Source of the DNA: Candidatus Palauibacter sp.
Lineage (GTDB): Bacteria; Gemmatimonadota; Gemmatimonadetes; Palauibacterales; Palauibacteraceae
Direction: 5' to 3'
NCBI RefSeq assembly: GCF_965208055.1
Contig: NZ_CBDBNY010000004.1
Location: forward strand, 2,880,185-2,944,184
Length of the DNA: 64,000 bases
Shown piece after piece: positions 54,885-64,000 of this stretch. Every line of letters begins with the position of its first letter. Within the stretch, counting starts at the first letter, position 1. The notes under the pieces were generated by a model. The model ran no database searches, was not told where the DNA came from, and worked only from the letters and a program-made list of their open reading frames with translations. Made by a program: the position numbers and the translations under genes.

Positions 54885-57878
54885 TTGATCCAGAGAGATT
54901 TTTCCGGAAGCACACGCCTCGCGATCTCCGCGGCGGCGGGACTGGTCGTAACGACCTTGTTCACGTCCGCATGTCGAGACGGGACGACCAACCCCGAGCG
55001 GGTGAACGACTCGCCAGTCGCAACCGGGACGATTCCCGCCCAGACCGTGGAAGTGGGAGAAACCGTCACCGTGGACCTGTCCGACCACCTGAGTGACCCG
55101 GATGGAGATGCGCTGACCTATTCGGCTCAGACCTCCGACCCCCGCGTGGCCACCGTCTCGGTGTCGGGGAGCAACGCGCTCGTGACCGGCGTAGCGAAGG
55201 GAGCGGCGACTATCACCTTGACGGCGACGGATCCGAGCGGCCTCTCGGCACAGCAGAGCTTCGGGGTCGAGGTGCCGAACCGTGCGCCGGAAACCGTGGG
55301 GAACATTGCGGACCTGGAACTGCTCGGTGGAGACACGGTCACCATCGATGTCTCCGGACACTTCACCGATCCCGATGGCGACGCCCTGACCTTCGAGGCC
55401 ATCACTTCGGACGAAGGGGTGGCGACCGCTTCCGTGCAAGGCGCAACCGTCACCGTCGTCGCCGTTTCCGACGGCACCGCGTTGCTGACCGTCACCGCGG
55501 GCGACCCCGGGGGCCTCTCTGCGGAACAGGGCTTTTCCGCCACGGTGGATCGTTCGGGCGACCCGATGGTGAGGTTCCTGACGGGTCCGGTGTCAGTCCT
55601 CGAGGGGGAGAGGGTCGTCGTGGAACTGGAAGCGCGCCCGGTACCCGAATCGGCACTCGAAGTGGGCTACACGGTCGGGGGAGACGACGACCCGCAGACC
55701 GACGACGCGGACGCAGCGGACCACGACGCCGGGACCGGCGGTACGATTCGATTCGAGGCCGGATCAGGGCGTGCAACGCTCGAGATCACGGTCCGGGATG
55801 ACCGCGAAGTCGACCCGACGCGCGAGGTCCTCGGAGTCTCGCTCGATACGCCGGCGGCAGGGGCGGGCTACGGCCTGGGTTCCTCCACCGTTGCTTTGGC
55901 GACCATCGAAGAGGGCGTGTGCGACCGGACGCCGCGGGTCCGGGACGAACTGATGGCCATCACGGCGGTAGACCGGTGCCACGCGATCGCAGGCTCTCAT
56001 CTGGCGGCGATAAATGCGCTCGACCTGCGGGGGCCCGCGCCGCAGCGCTCGAACGTGGCATCGGATCTCCCCGGGGCGGAAGGAGCGCGGAGCCGCGGCT
56101 GCAGCCCTCGGGAGAGCTCCGCCCTGCGTGGACAGGGCCGCGGGCTCTCGGCGCCGGAGCTGGCGGAATGTTTGCCGATGGCCCAAGCGCGCATGTCGCC
56201 GGCGTCTCCGCCCTCGAGCGCAAGCGCGGGCGCGAGCACCGGAGAGCCCCTCACCGAACTGCGCGCCGGGGACTTCCTGGAGTTGACCGAACTGAAAGAG
56301 TTGCGTCTGCTCGACAACGATCTGACCGAACTCCCGGGGGGCATCTTCTCCGGGCTGAACGAGTTGCGCGTCCTCATCATGGACCGCAACCGGCTGGAGA
56401 AACTCCCCGGTGGGCTCCTGTCGGGACTCCCGCGGCTGGAGGTCTTCGCGGTCGCCGAGAACGAACTGACCCGGCTCCCGCCCGATCTTTTCTCCGGGCC
56501 TTCACGGCTGGAGGGTGTATGGCTGTACGGGAACAAGCTGACCGAACTGCCGGCGGGGCTGTTCACGGATCTCGACAACCTGGAGCAACTTCACCTCGCG
56601 GATAACCGCCTGGACGTCTTGCCGGCAGAGATCTTCGCCGGGCTGGGCCGACTCAGGATTCTCACTCTGCACAGAAACAGGCTGGCGGAATTGGACGCAG
56701 CGGTGTTTTCCGAACTCGGCGACCTGGAGCAACTGTATCTCTCGCACAACGGACTGACCGAGCTGCCCTCCGGCGTGTTCTCGAACCTCGGCGGCCTGGA
56801 GATATTGCTGCTCGCCGAGAACCGGTTGACCGGGCTGCCGCTTGACGTGTTCGCGAACCTCGGCAGTCTTGAAGGCTTGTACCTGGACGACAACCGGCTG
56901 CGGGGACTGCCGAACGGGCTGTTCGACGGCCTTACGGGTCTTGTGACGCTGCGCCTCGGCGGCAACCGGATCGCCGAGGTCGAGAGCGGCGCCTTCGCCG
57001 CCCTGTCCGGACTCCGATGGTTGCACCTGCATCAGAACCGCCTTGTCCGCCTCGAGCCCGGCGTGTTCTCGGGGCTCTCCGGATTGCACGGCCTGGCGCT
57101 GGAAGAGAACCGGATCCGTGATCTCGGGCCGGGAGTGTTCGACGGGCTGTCGCGTCTCGAAGTGCTCATCCTGAGAGACAACCAGTTGGACGTGCTGGAA
57201 GGCGGTGTCTTCACCGGCCTTCCCGCGCTGGTTGAGCTGTGGCTCTACAGCAACCAGATCGCGGAGCTGTCGGAAGACGTGCTCGCGGACCTTCCGCTCT
57301 TGAGGAAACTGAGCATGTGGGACAACCGACTGACCGAATTGCCGCCGGGAGTGTTCTCGGAGCTCACCAGGCTGGAGGAGTTGTCCGTTGCCCAAAACCA
57401 GCTCGCCAAGCTGCCGGAGGGGGTCTTTTCCGGCCTCGCCGCGTTGAAAGTTCTGTCTGCGGCGCGCAACGATCTTGCCGCGCTGCCCGACGGCGTATTC
57501 GAGGGACTTTCGGACCTGGCCTACCTCAATCTGGGCTCCAATCCGGGCGCGCCCTTCCCCCTCGATGTCCGGTTGGAAAGGACGGATACGCTGGATCTCA
57601 AGGCCCCCGGGCCGGCCAGGGTGGTGCTGTCCCTCGCGGAGGCGACGCCCTTCCCCATAACGATCCCGCTGGCCGTGGAGGGAGGAACGCTGTCCACCGA
57701 CAGGGCGACGATCGAGCGAGGGCGAACCACGAGCGCCGAGTTCACCGTGACCATGAACCCGTCCAGCCAGACCGGCACCGCAGTTGTCCTGGGGCCGGCA
57801 CCCCTGGTTCCGGAGCCGATGATCGGAGTGTATCCGGTTGCGGCCGACAGGCTGGTCCTCTTCACGACGGGAGGTTGA
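54885..57878 (+). CDS. Large lipoprotein with two Ig-like (Big/cadherin-like) domains, a Calx-beta-like domain and about 19 leucine-rich repeats.
   Basis: Lipobox LFTSAC. DPDGDALTY/DPDGDALTF Ig-like modules. Long array of LxxLxLxxNxLxxLPxGxFxGL repeats. Confidence 0.7.
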   Translation: MIQRDFSGSTRLAISAAAGLVVTTLFTSACRDGTTNPERVNDSPVATGTIPAQTVEVGETVTVDLSDHLSDPDGDALTYSAQTSDPRVATVSVSGSNALVTGVAKGAATITLTATDPSGLSAQQSFGVEVPNRAPETVGNIADLELLGGDTVTIDVSGHFTDPDGDALTFEAITSDEGVATASVQGATVTVVAVSDGTALLTVTAGDPGGLSAEQGFSATVDRSGDPMVRFLTGPVSVLEGERVVVELEARPVPESALEVGYTVGGDDDPQTDDADAADHDAGTGGTIRFEAGSGRATLEITVRDDREVDPTREVLGVSLDTPAAGAGYGLGSSTVALATIEEGVCDRTPRVRDELMAITAVDRCHAIAGSHLAAINALDLRGPAPQRSNVASDLPGAEGARSRGCSPRESSALRGQGRGLSAPELAECLPMAQARMSPASPPSSASAGASTGEPLTELRAGDFLELTELKELRLLDNDLTELPGGIFSGLNELRVLIMDRNRLEKLPGGLLSGLPRLEVFAVAENELTRLPPDLFSGPSRLEGVWLYGNKLTELPAGLFTDLDNLEQLHLADNRLDVLPAEIFAGLGRLRILTLHRNRLAELDAAVFSELGDLEQLYLSHNGLTELPSGVFSNLGGLEILLLAENRLTGLPLDVFANLGSLEGLYLDDNRLRGLPNGLFDGLTGLVTLRLGGNRIAEVESGAFAALSGLRWLHLHQNRLVRLEPGVFSGLSGLHGLALEENRIRDLGPGVFDGLSRLEVLILRDNQLDVLEGGVFTGLPALVELWLYSNQIAELSEDVLADLPLLRKLSMWDNRLTELPPGVFSELTRLEELSVAQNQLAKLPEGVFSGLAALKVLSAARNDLAALPDGVFEGLSDLAYLNLGSNPGAPFPLDVRLERTDTLDLKAPGPARVVLSLAEATPFPITIPLAVEGGTLSTDRATIERGRTTSAEFTVTMNPSSQTGTAVVLGPAPLVPEPMIGVYPVAADRLVLFTTGG

Positions 57879-58296
57879 CATCCATCGGCGGGTTCGCGCT
57901 GGAGCCGCCCTGTTCCTGGTCGGCGCCATCGCGTGCGTTGACGGCCCGTCCGAACCGGCTTCGATCGAATTCGGCGGCCGCTCGGCAAGCATCACATCAG
58001 TGCCGACGAACGGGGGGACGCTGTCCGGCGGTGGGTCGTGGCGCCTGGCGGCGGGACAGACGGTCACCACCAGCCTGAGTGCGATCCCCAACCCCGGCTA
58101 CGACTTCGACCGTTGGACGGAAGACGGAACGACGCTCTCCACCGATTCGGTGTACCTCTCATTATTTCCGCCAGAACGAAGCGGGTTTCCTCGGCCCCTA
58201 GTGGTCGCAAATGGACGCCTCGCCCCGGAGTTGCTAGGCGTACACGCACCGGCGACGGGCTCGTGTGAACGAAGCTGGGGGTGCTCCGATCCCTAA
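57838..58296 (+). CDS. Small lipoprotein fragment with one Listeria-Bacteroides (Flg_new/InlB-B type) repeat. It looks 3'-truncated.
   Basis: ...LFLVGAIAC lipobox, then PNPGYDFDRWTEDGTTLSTDSVYL. The ORF then runs into an AT-richer junction. The only in-frame ATG lies 41 nt inside the upstream gene. Confidence 0.3.
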   Translation: MRPTGWSSSRREVDIHRRVRAGAALFLVGAIACVDGPSEPASIEFGGRSASITSVPTNGGTLSGGGSWRLAAGQTVTTSLSAIPNPGYDFDRWTEDGTTLSTDSVYLSLFPPERSGFPRPLVVANGRLAPELLGVHAPATGSCERSWGCSDP

Positions 58297-58546
58297 GCTC
58301 GCGCCCAACCCACTCGATGTGGCGGCACGGAGAGCGGGCGCCACGTGCGCCTACCGTTACCGTCCCCGGCTGTTTTGATACGGTAAGTGGAGCACGGGTG
58401 GCGCGAACCACGGCAAGAAACAACGTAAGTTCAATCAGGACTGTACGATCTGCCCTTCGTGTCGCCGGATCATGTCTTGATCCGCCGTGCTGAAATGGCC
58501 GGCAAACGGCATCGGTTTACGGCATTCGGAGTGATCGAACACCCGG

Positions 58547-59812
58547 TCAAGCGGTCGTGCTTCCCCTTTCCTCAGTGGTACCTCCGCCGTGGCCGCTCTT
58601 CGGATCGACCGTCGTTCCGAAAAGAGTCTGCATCGACAACACGCGCCTCACCAACTCAGCCTGCCTCCCGATGCCCTGCTTGCGGTAAATCTGCTGCAGG
58701 AGCCAGTGGACGCTCCTTTCCTTTCGACCCGTCGCGGCGGCGATCTCCCGCACGGTGTGACCGGCGGCCAGCATCACCGCCAACCGGCTCTCCGTCGGCG
58801 TGAGCCCGAGGGCCGACGCCACGAAATCCGGATCAACCCGGACCCGACTTTCCGGGCTCACCGCCAGGACGATGGCGGCCACACGGTGCGTTCGGTCGTC
58901 CCTCGACTCCGCTCCCACCGGATTGACATGAACGATCAACGTCTTCGAAGGGGAAGGGCGCCGGATGACCATCGACCCACCGACCGCCTGACCGCCGAAG
59001 GGCGGCAGAGCACCCGCAAGCAACAGCTGAAGTTCGGCATTCTCCGCCTGTCTCGCAGCGCGAAGAAAACCTCCCGGGTCGATCAACGCGTCGCCCTGCC
59101 GCAGGATGTCACGGGCCACGTCGTTTGCCTCCACGACCCGACCCCGCCGATCCAGCTGGATGGCGCACGTGCGGGTGTTGTCGAGCAGGCCGGCGAGTGT
59201 CTCGCCATATGCGCGGGCATCGACGAGAACCTGTCGCACGCCGATGGAATGGCCCATGTGCGGCAGCAGGCGCTCGATCATCTCGACCTGTCCGGACGAC
59301 CAGCCCGCCGACTCGCTGGAGTCGGCCAGGGCGACGACGATGTGCGTTCCCGCGGGCCCGTCCAGACGCACGTTGAGGCCGTCTCGCCCCCGCATGTCGC
59401 GCAACATCTCGTTGTAGACGGCCGACGTCTTCCGCTCGCTCTCGGTCAGGAGATCCCCGGTAGGCGCCACCTCGCCACTCGCCAGCCGACCGAAGGCGGG
59501 CAGGCGTTCGTCACGAGTCACGTAGTCACGGAGATACGCGCGCTCCCAATCCCTGCGCCGCCGCCGTCCGAAGACGAAGCGCAGCGCCAGGAGGTCCCCG
59601 TCGCGGTCCGGATACCCCGGGCCGAATCCGAGGCCGTGGCCCCTCGTTCCGGTGGCTTCGTTGAAGCCGGCAGCGGCGGAGAGCCAATACCCGTCCTCCA
59701 ACGCCGCCCGTTGCAGCAGCGCGAGGGTACGCTGGAACAGATCCCCCTGGCTCACTTCGGCCTCTCTCGCAAGCGGTGCCCCACATCCAATCCTGGTGGT
59801 GCTCCCCCTCAA
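58547..59812 (-). CDS. LuxR-family transcriptional regulator with a ~320-aa N-terminal sensor domain.
   Basis: C-terminal HTH LTPTESRLAVMLAAGHTVREIAAATGRKERSVHWLLQQIYRK. 421 aa. Confidence 0.7.
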   Translation of the reverse strand: MRGSTTRIGCGAPLAREAEVSQGDLFQRTLALLQRAALEDGYWLSAAAGFNEATGTRGHGLGFGPGYPDRDGDLLALRFVFGRRRRRDWERAYLRDYVTRDERLPAFGRLASGEVAPTGDLLTESERKTSAVYNEMLRDMRGRDGLNVRLDGPAGTHIVVALADSSESAGWSSGQVEMIERLLPHMGHSIGVRQVLVDARAYGETLAGLLDNTRTCAIQLDRRGRVVEANDVARDILRQGDALIDPGGFLRAARQAENAELQLLLAGALPPFGGQAVGGSMVIRRPSPSKTLIVHVNPVGAESRDDRTHRVAAIVLAVSPESRVRVDPDFVASALGLTPTESRLAVMLAAGHTVREIAAATGRKERSVHWLLQQIYRKQGIGRQAELVRRVLSMQTLFGTTVDPKSGHGGGTTEERGSTTA

Positions 59813-59965
59813 ACTACGTGGCCCATCCTCCAGAAGTCACCGTCAGAACTACCGGCGCGCCGGACCGCCCTTTCCCTGCAAGTTGGTGGTGCGAACCGGG
59901 CTCGTGACCGGACGACAGTGCATTGGAGGTGAAAGAATTCGACTAAACGGGGTGGGGATCACGAT
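59750..59965. promoter_or_regulatory. Copy B of the repeated divergent-promoter region (LuxR regulator <-> TPR membrane protein gene).
   Basis: See copy A. Confidence 0.6.
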
Positions 59966-59983
59966 GGCGGCGTGGGGTCGATG

Positions 59984-62275
59984 AGCGTGACCGGGATTGG
60001 GTTGATCCGCAGCCTGATCGAGCGTCGCGTTCCGCACGCCGTGGGCATCTATGCAGGTGCCTTCTGGGGTCTCTTCGAGTTCACCGAAGCAATCGTGGTG
60101 GAGCGGCTGCTGCTCTCAACGCACTACGACAACCTCGTCTTGTTGGCGGCCCCCCTTCTGCTGCCGAGCGTGATCCTGCTGGCGTGGTTTCACGGCAAGC
60201 CCGGCCGGGACAGGGAGACGCTCGCCCGGACCGAGAAGATCGGGATTCCGGCGAATCTGGCGCTGTGCGGGATCGTACTCTGGGCGGTCTTCGCCGGCAC
60301 GGATCTCGGTCGCATGACGACTGCCGTGACGGTCACGGACGAGGACGGAGGCGTCGTCGAGCGGGAGATCGTGAAACCCGGGTTCCGGAAGTCCGTGGCC
60401 CTGTTTCCGTTCAACCTCGGACCCGGCGCCGGCGAGGACGACACGTGGCTCGCCTACGCGGTGCCGTTCGCACTCGAGCTGGATCTCCTGGCGGACGACT
60501 TCTTCATCGCGAAGGGGGGTTTCCTCGACAGGAACGAAGCCCTCTTCCGCGACCGCCTTATCGAACGGGGCTTTGCCGACCTCCGCGGCGTCCCGCTGAC
60601 CCTCAAACGGGAGGTTGGCGAAGAGGCGCACGCGGAGTTTCTGACCGACGGCGAAATCGGTCGCACCGGTGATCTCTACCGGGCGGTCCAGCGGGTGTAC
60701 AGGGTGGACGACGGGTCGCTGGAGAACGAGACCGTCCATGAGGGAACGGACCTCCTGGCGCTGCTGGACGACCTGTCGGTCTCGCTGAAGCGGGCGGTCG
60801 GGATTCCGGCCCGGGAGGGTGTGGAGGACCTTCCCGTTCGCGCACGGCTCTCCGACGACGACGCGGCCGTGGAGGCGTTATTCCGCGGCCTTGAGGCGGC
60901 CTTCGTCAGGGCCGATCTTGCTGCTGCCATCGAACTCACGACTGCGGCGATCGAGCGGGACCCCACCTTCGCGGCGGCCCAGTACATCCTGTCGACTTAC
61001 GCGCAGCTCGCCAACCGGGGGGAGAAAGCCGCCGCCCCGATGCAGGCGGCCATCGATCACGAGTACCGGTTGCCGGAGCGCGTGCGCCTCGGTGTCAGGA
61101 AGGATTACTACCTTGCGCTGGGGGATCTCGAAAAGGCGGCCGCCGCCGCAAGGATGTGGGTCGAGCTCTACCCGGACGACCTGCTCGCGCTCACCAACTA
61201 CAAGGAGTTGCTGGACGCCCTGGGCGACAAGGAAGGCGTGCTCGCAACGCTGGAGGCCATGCGGGATCTCGACCCGCGGAATGGTGATCTCCCCCAACAG
61301 ATCGCCCGAGTTCACGAAGAACTGGGAAACGACGAACGGGCCCTTCGGGCGCTAACCGACTATGTAGACAGCTTCCCGGAGGATGCGAGCGGGTACGCGG
61401 GGCTCGCCGCGCTTCAGAAACGCCTTGGGGACTACGGAGCCGCGCGCGGTCTCCTGGACGACGCCATCCTCCTGGAGCCCTTCTCGGCGGCATTGACGGC
61501 CCAACTCGCAGCCCTTGAACTGGACGCCGGCAACTACGCGCAAGCATGGGCGGGATACGAGCGCGCCCTGGAGGCGGCCCGGACCCCGGAGCAGAAGATC
61601 GAAGTGCTCGGTGGGATCGCGAAGTATCACCTGCGCCGGGGCGAGGTGGTGCTTGCCGTGGAGGCCACGGAAATGTTGCTGGAAGGGGCGTCCGGCCTCA
61701 CAAGCCCGGCGGAGGTCTCGGGTGTGCTGGTCCTTTTTCTCCTTGACATCCTTTTTTCCGGTGGCCGTGCGAGTGACCTCTCGGCCCTTATTGAAACGGC
61801 GAATGACCCGAACATCACCCAGTTCGGGATGATGCTCGGGATGGTCGAGTCGGCGGCGCCGGAGACCGCGCGCGAGCTCTACCGCACGTTTGAAGCGGCC
61901 GCTCCCTCCGATCCGACTCTCCTGCGGTTAATCGGATCGCTGGCGGAACGCGCGGGAGAATATGAGCCTGCCGCCGAAGCTTACCGGCGGGCCACGGGGC
62001 TGGACCGTAGCCTGAACTTGCACGGCGATGCCGGACGTGCGCTGCGCATGGCCGGGCGGCTGGACGAGTCCGAGGCCGAACTGACCGAAGCGTTGCGTCT
62101 GGTTCCCGGCGATCCGAGGGCGCACTTCGAGATGGCGCTGCTGCTGGAGGCCCGGGGTGACCTCGATGGCGCGGCAGAACATCTGCGCGGCGCGTTGACC
62201 GCCTGGGAGAACGCGGACGAAGACTACGAGCCGGCGACACAGACGCGGACGAAGCTGGACGAACTCGAGCGATGA
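59984..62275 (+). CDS. Membrane-anchored tetratricopeptide-repeat (TPR) protein.
   Basis: Two or three N-terminal TM helices, then a long TPR-like helical region (...ALRALTDYVDSFPEDASGYAGLAALQKRLGDYGAARGLLDDAI...). Confidence 0.6.
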   Translation, partial: SVTGIGLIRSLIERRVPHAVGIYAGAFWGLFEFTEAIVVERLLLSTHYDNLVLLAAPLLLPSVILLAWFHGKPGRDRETLARTEKIGIPANLALCGIVLWAVFAGTDLGRMTTAVTVTDEDGGVVEREIVKPGFRKSVALFPFNLGPGAGEDDTWLAYAVPFALELDLLADDFFIAKGGFLDRNEALFRDRLIERGFADLRGVPLTLKREVGEEAHAEFLTDGEIGRTGDLYRAVQRVYRVDDGSLENETVHEGTDLLALLDDLSVSLKRAVGIPAREGVEDLPVRARLSDDDAAVEALFRGLEAAFVRADLAAAIELTTAAIERDPTFAAAQYILSTYAQLANRGEKAAAPMQAAIDHEYRLPERVRLGVRKDYYLALGDLEKAAAAARMWVELYPDDLLALTNYKELLDALGDKEGVLATLEAMRDLDPRNGDLPQQIARVHEELGNDERALRALTDYVDSFPEDASGYAGLAALQKRLGDYGAARGLLDDAILLEPFSAALTAQLAALELDAGNYAQAWAGYERALEAARTPEQKIEVLGGIAKYHLRRGEVVLAVEATEMLLEGASGLTSPAEVSGVLVLFLLDILFSGGRASDLSALIETANDPNITQFGMMLGMVESAAPETARELYRTFEAAAPSDPTLLRLIGSLAERAGEYEPAAEAYRRATGLDRSLNLHGDAGRALRMAGRLDESEAELTEALRLVPGDPRAHFEMALLLEARGDLDGAAEHLRGALTAWENADEDYEPATQTRTKLDELER

Positions 62276-62302
62276 CAGCTCGCGAAAGGAGAGGCTGATC
62301 CA

Positions 62303-62782
62303 ATGAAGATTCTCGCTTGCATGCTTGTGGTGGTTGCGGGGCTTGCCTGTGCGTCGGCGGCCTCGGCACAGGTCATTGGCGACGACGAGTTCCACTGGAA
62401 CGTCAGGGAAGGGCGTGTGACCTACGCAGGCACTTTCATGACGGAAGACCCGGTACTCGGGCCCATTCGTCCCGCCCTTTCGATCGGGAGTTTTTCGATC
62501 GGCGAGGACTCGGACGAATTGTACGCCGCAGCGGGGCTCCGCTTGGGGGATCGCCTGTTCGTCCAGTGGGTGGCGGGCTACCTGAACTACGATGACAAGT
62601 TCGGAGATGGCGATGATGCCACCTTCAGCACGTTCGAGGGTGTCGGCGGAATCGGCACGGTAGGCTTTCAGACCGGCGACAGTGGATTCAGCGTGAAGCT
62701 GTTCCATCAGTTCGGAGACGACGCCGCTCACGATACGGTCCTGGGCTGGAGCTTCGGCATCTTTTCGCTGAGTCCCCTGTGA
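62303..62782 (+). CDS. Small secreted hypothetical protein.
   Basis: Signal peptide MKILACMLVVVAGLACASAASAQ. 159 aa. Gly/aromatic-rich C-terminus ending SLSPL. Confidence 0.5.
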   Translation: MKILACMLVVVAGLACASAASAQVIGDDEFHWNVREGRVTYAGTFMTEDPVLGPIRPALSIGSFSIGEDSDELYAAAGLRLGDRLFVQWVAGYLNYDDKFGDGDDATFSTFEGVGGIGTVGFQTGDSGFSVKLFHQFGDDAAHDTVLGWSFGIFSLSPL

Positions 62783-63124
62783 CCTCGAGTGCGATTCGTT
62801 TGTCGCAGTCGAAAGCAACGTGGATCAACGGACTCGTACCGGCGTCAGATGTGGAAGCGGAGGAAGACTGCGGGGATTCGGGAGTCGCCGTCGTGCAGAC
62901 CGAATTGTCGTTCGTGAACCAGTTGGTTGGTCTGCTCACGTTCGGCATCTATACGCCAGTAACTGTGCGGCTTGTTTGTGGCGCTCAGAATGGTGACGAT
63001 GTTGATGCCGGTGAAGACGAGTCGAAGGACGGGAATCAAGATCAGGAAGCGGAGAAGGAAAGAGGTGGGGCCAGAGAAGGCGTCGAAGCAGTGATAGGGC
63101 GCCGACGCGCTGATCAACGTCAAC

Positions 63125-63775
63125 GTGACTCGCTGCGCGACGGAGCAGGAGCGCTTCGAGGGGTCGAGGGAAATCGTCGAGCGAGTCGGAGACAACACCC
63201 GCCGCCGAACCGTGACGGAGCATCACGCGCGCACCAGGGTGGCCTTTCGGGCGACGTTCGAGGTCGTCGATCCGTCCACCGGTCTCGTGGCCGCTTCGCG
63301 CACGCTCGCCTACGAGCCCGAGTTGACCAATTCCAGCGTCAGCGGACAGCCGGACTTTCCGTCCCCGGGAGTGGTGGCGAGGCGAGCCTACCGCGGAACC
63401 ATCGAGGACATCGCGCCGATGGTGTTTCACTGGGTCGAAGCGAGGGAACTGGTTTTCTTCGACGACGAGAGATGCGGCATGAACGTGGCCCACCGCGCCG
63501 TGGAGGCTGGCGACTACGAGCGCGCGCTCGAGATCTCGATTGCGAACGTCAGTTCCTGCCAGCCCAATCCGGCGGTGGACATCACCGACAGGGATGTGGC
63601 GGCCGCACACCACAATGTCGGCGTGCTGTATCGGATCCGGGGAGACTTCGAGTCGGCGCTGGCAGAGTTGACCGAAGAGGGCTTGAGCGCGGCGGTGATT
63701 GCGGCCATGGTGCGGCGCGCCGGAGGTTCGGACGCGGAGGCCGGGACCGCCGACGGCCGGAGGGGTGCGTCATGA
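63125..63775 (+). CDS. Hypothetical protein.
   Basis: GTG start. Normal composition, unlike the opposite-strand shadow ORF. The stop overlaps the next start (ATGA). Confidence 0.4.
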   Translation: MTRCATEQERFEGSREIVERVGDNTRRRTVTEHHARTRVAFRATFEVVDPSTGLVAASRTLAYEPELTNSSVSGQPDFPSPGVVARRAYRGTIEDIAPMVFHWVEARELVFFDDERCGMNVAHRAVEAGDYERALEISIANVSSCQPNPAVDITDRDVAAAHHNVGVLYRIRGDFESALAELTEEGLSAAVIAAMVRRAGGSDAEAGTADGRRGAS

Positions 63776-64000
63776 GCCGGCGAGGTCGTCCGGCGGCCGT
63801 GCTCTTGCTGGTCGCCGCCGTGTTCGCGTCGTGCGGGGATGACTCGGCGGGACCGGACGCGGTGAGCGCCGCGGGATCCTGGGAACTCTGGTCGCTCAAC
63901 GGGCAGGCGCCACCGGTCTCGGTCGACATACTGACCATTCACTCCGGGGCCCTCGACCTTCGTGGGAACGGCAGCTACGCCTTCGCGCTCAGCGGTGTGG
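63772..64000 (+). CDS. Hypothetical lipoprotein (3' partial, runs off the window).
   Basis: MSRRGRPAAVLLLVAAVFASCGDDS lipobox. Confidence 0.4.
   Translation, partial: MSRRGRPAAVLLLVAAVFASCGDDSAGPDAVSAAGSWELWSLNGQAPPVSVDILTIHSGALDLRGNGSYAFALSGV

Noticed and set aside
56502-58091. The 529-aa minus ORF.
   Set aside because: Antisense to the LRR-coding repeats, with QLxxQ/ExR low-complexity periodicity mirroring the LRR codons. Shadow.
58300-58546. Searched this region and other intergenic regions (17470-17632, 49430-49714) for tRNA/ncRNA.
   Set aside because: No T-loop (GTTCGAATC-like) or acceptor-stem pairing was recognisable. No tRNA or rRNA called.
62880-63124. A possible N-terminal extension or frameshift of the 63125 gene, with an acidic linker DDVDAGEDESKDGNQDQEAEKE in another frame.
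   Set aside because: I could not trace frames reliably by hand and no corresponding ORF is in the track. Left as unresolved rather than called.

Overview
This is a 64 kb, high-GC (roughly 65-70 %) bacterial chromosomal segment. Genes are densely packed on both strands, and the many long R/A/G-rich antisense ORFs are shadow frames. The gene content suggests a Gemmatimonadota-like or similar environmental Gram-negative bacterium: a DUF1592/DUF1552 pair, many secreted beta-propeller proteins (FG-GAP, LVIVD, NHL), S9/M14/M20 peptidases, and SusC-like TonB-dependent receptor pieces. No rRNA, tRNA, CRISPR array, transposase or integrase was found. I call about 53 CDS. Four features stand out. (1) A lower-GC island at about 13.4-19.9 kb carries two paralogous, signal-peptide-bearing 6-cysteine mini-proteins (C-terminal framework C-x6-C-x3-C-x4-CC). 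They are nested between two paralogous secreted NHL-repeat beta-propellers. Upstream sit a pseudo-receiver protein and a lipoprotein; downstream sit two tandem plug-domain-only proteins. This is the best candidate for an undescribed secreted-peptide system. (2) A reductive-dehalogenase-family gene starts one base after the stop of an S9 peptidase gene. (3) A LuxR-family regulator occurs in two copies, one deleted and frameshifted, and both share a ~200 bp divergent-promoter repeat with the genes downstream of them. (4) There are three type II TA modules (one orphan), an Erm-like rRNA methyltransferase, an NRAMP-like transporter with non-canonical metal-site motifs, and a recent 144-bp tandem duplication inside an LRR-metzincin gene. 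All start coordinates come from ORF-track arithmetic plus reading start codons and RBS by eye, so treat them as +/-1-3 nt.
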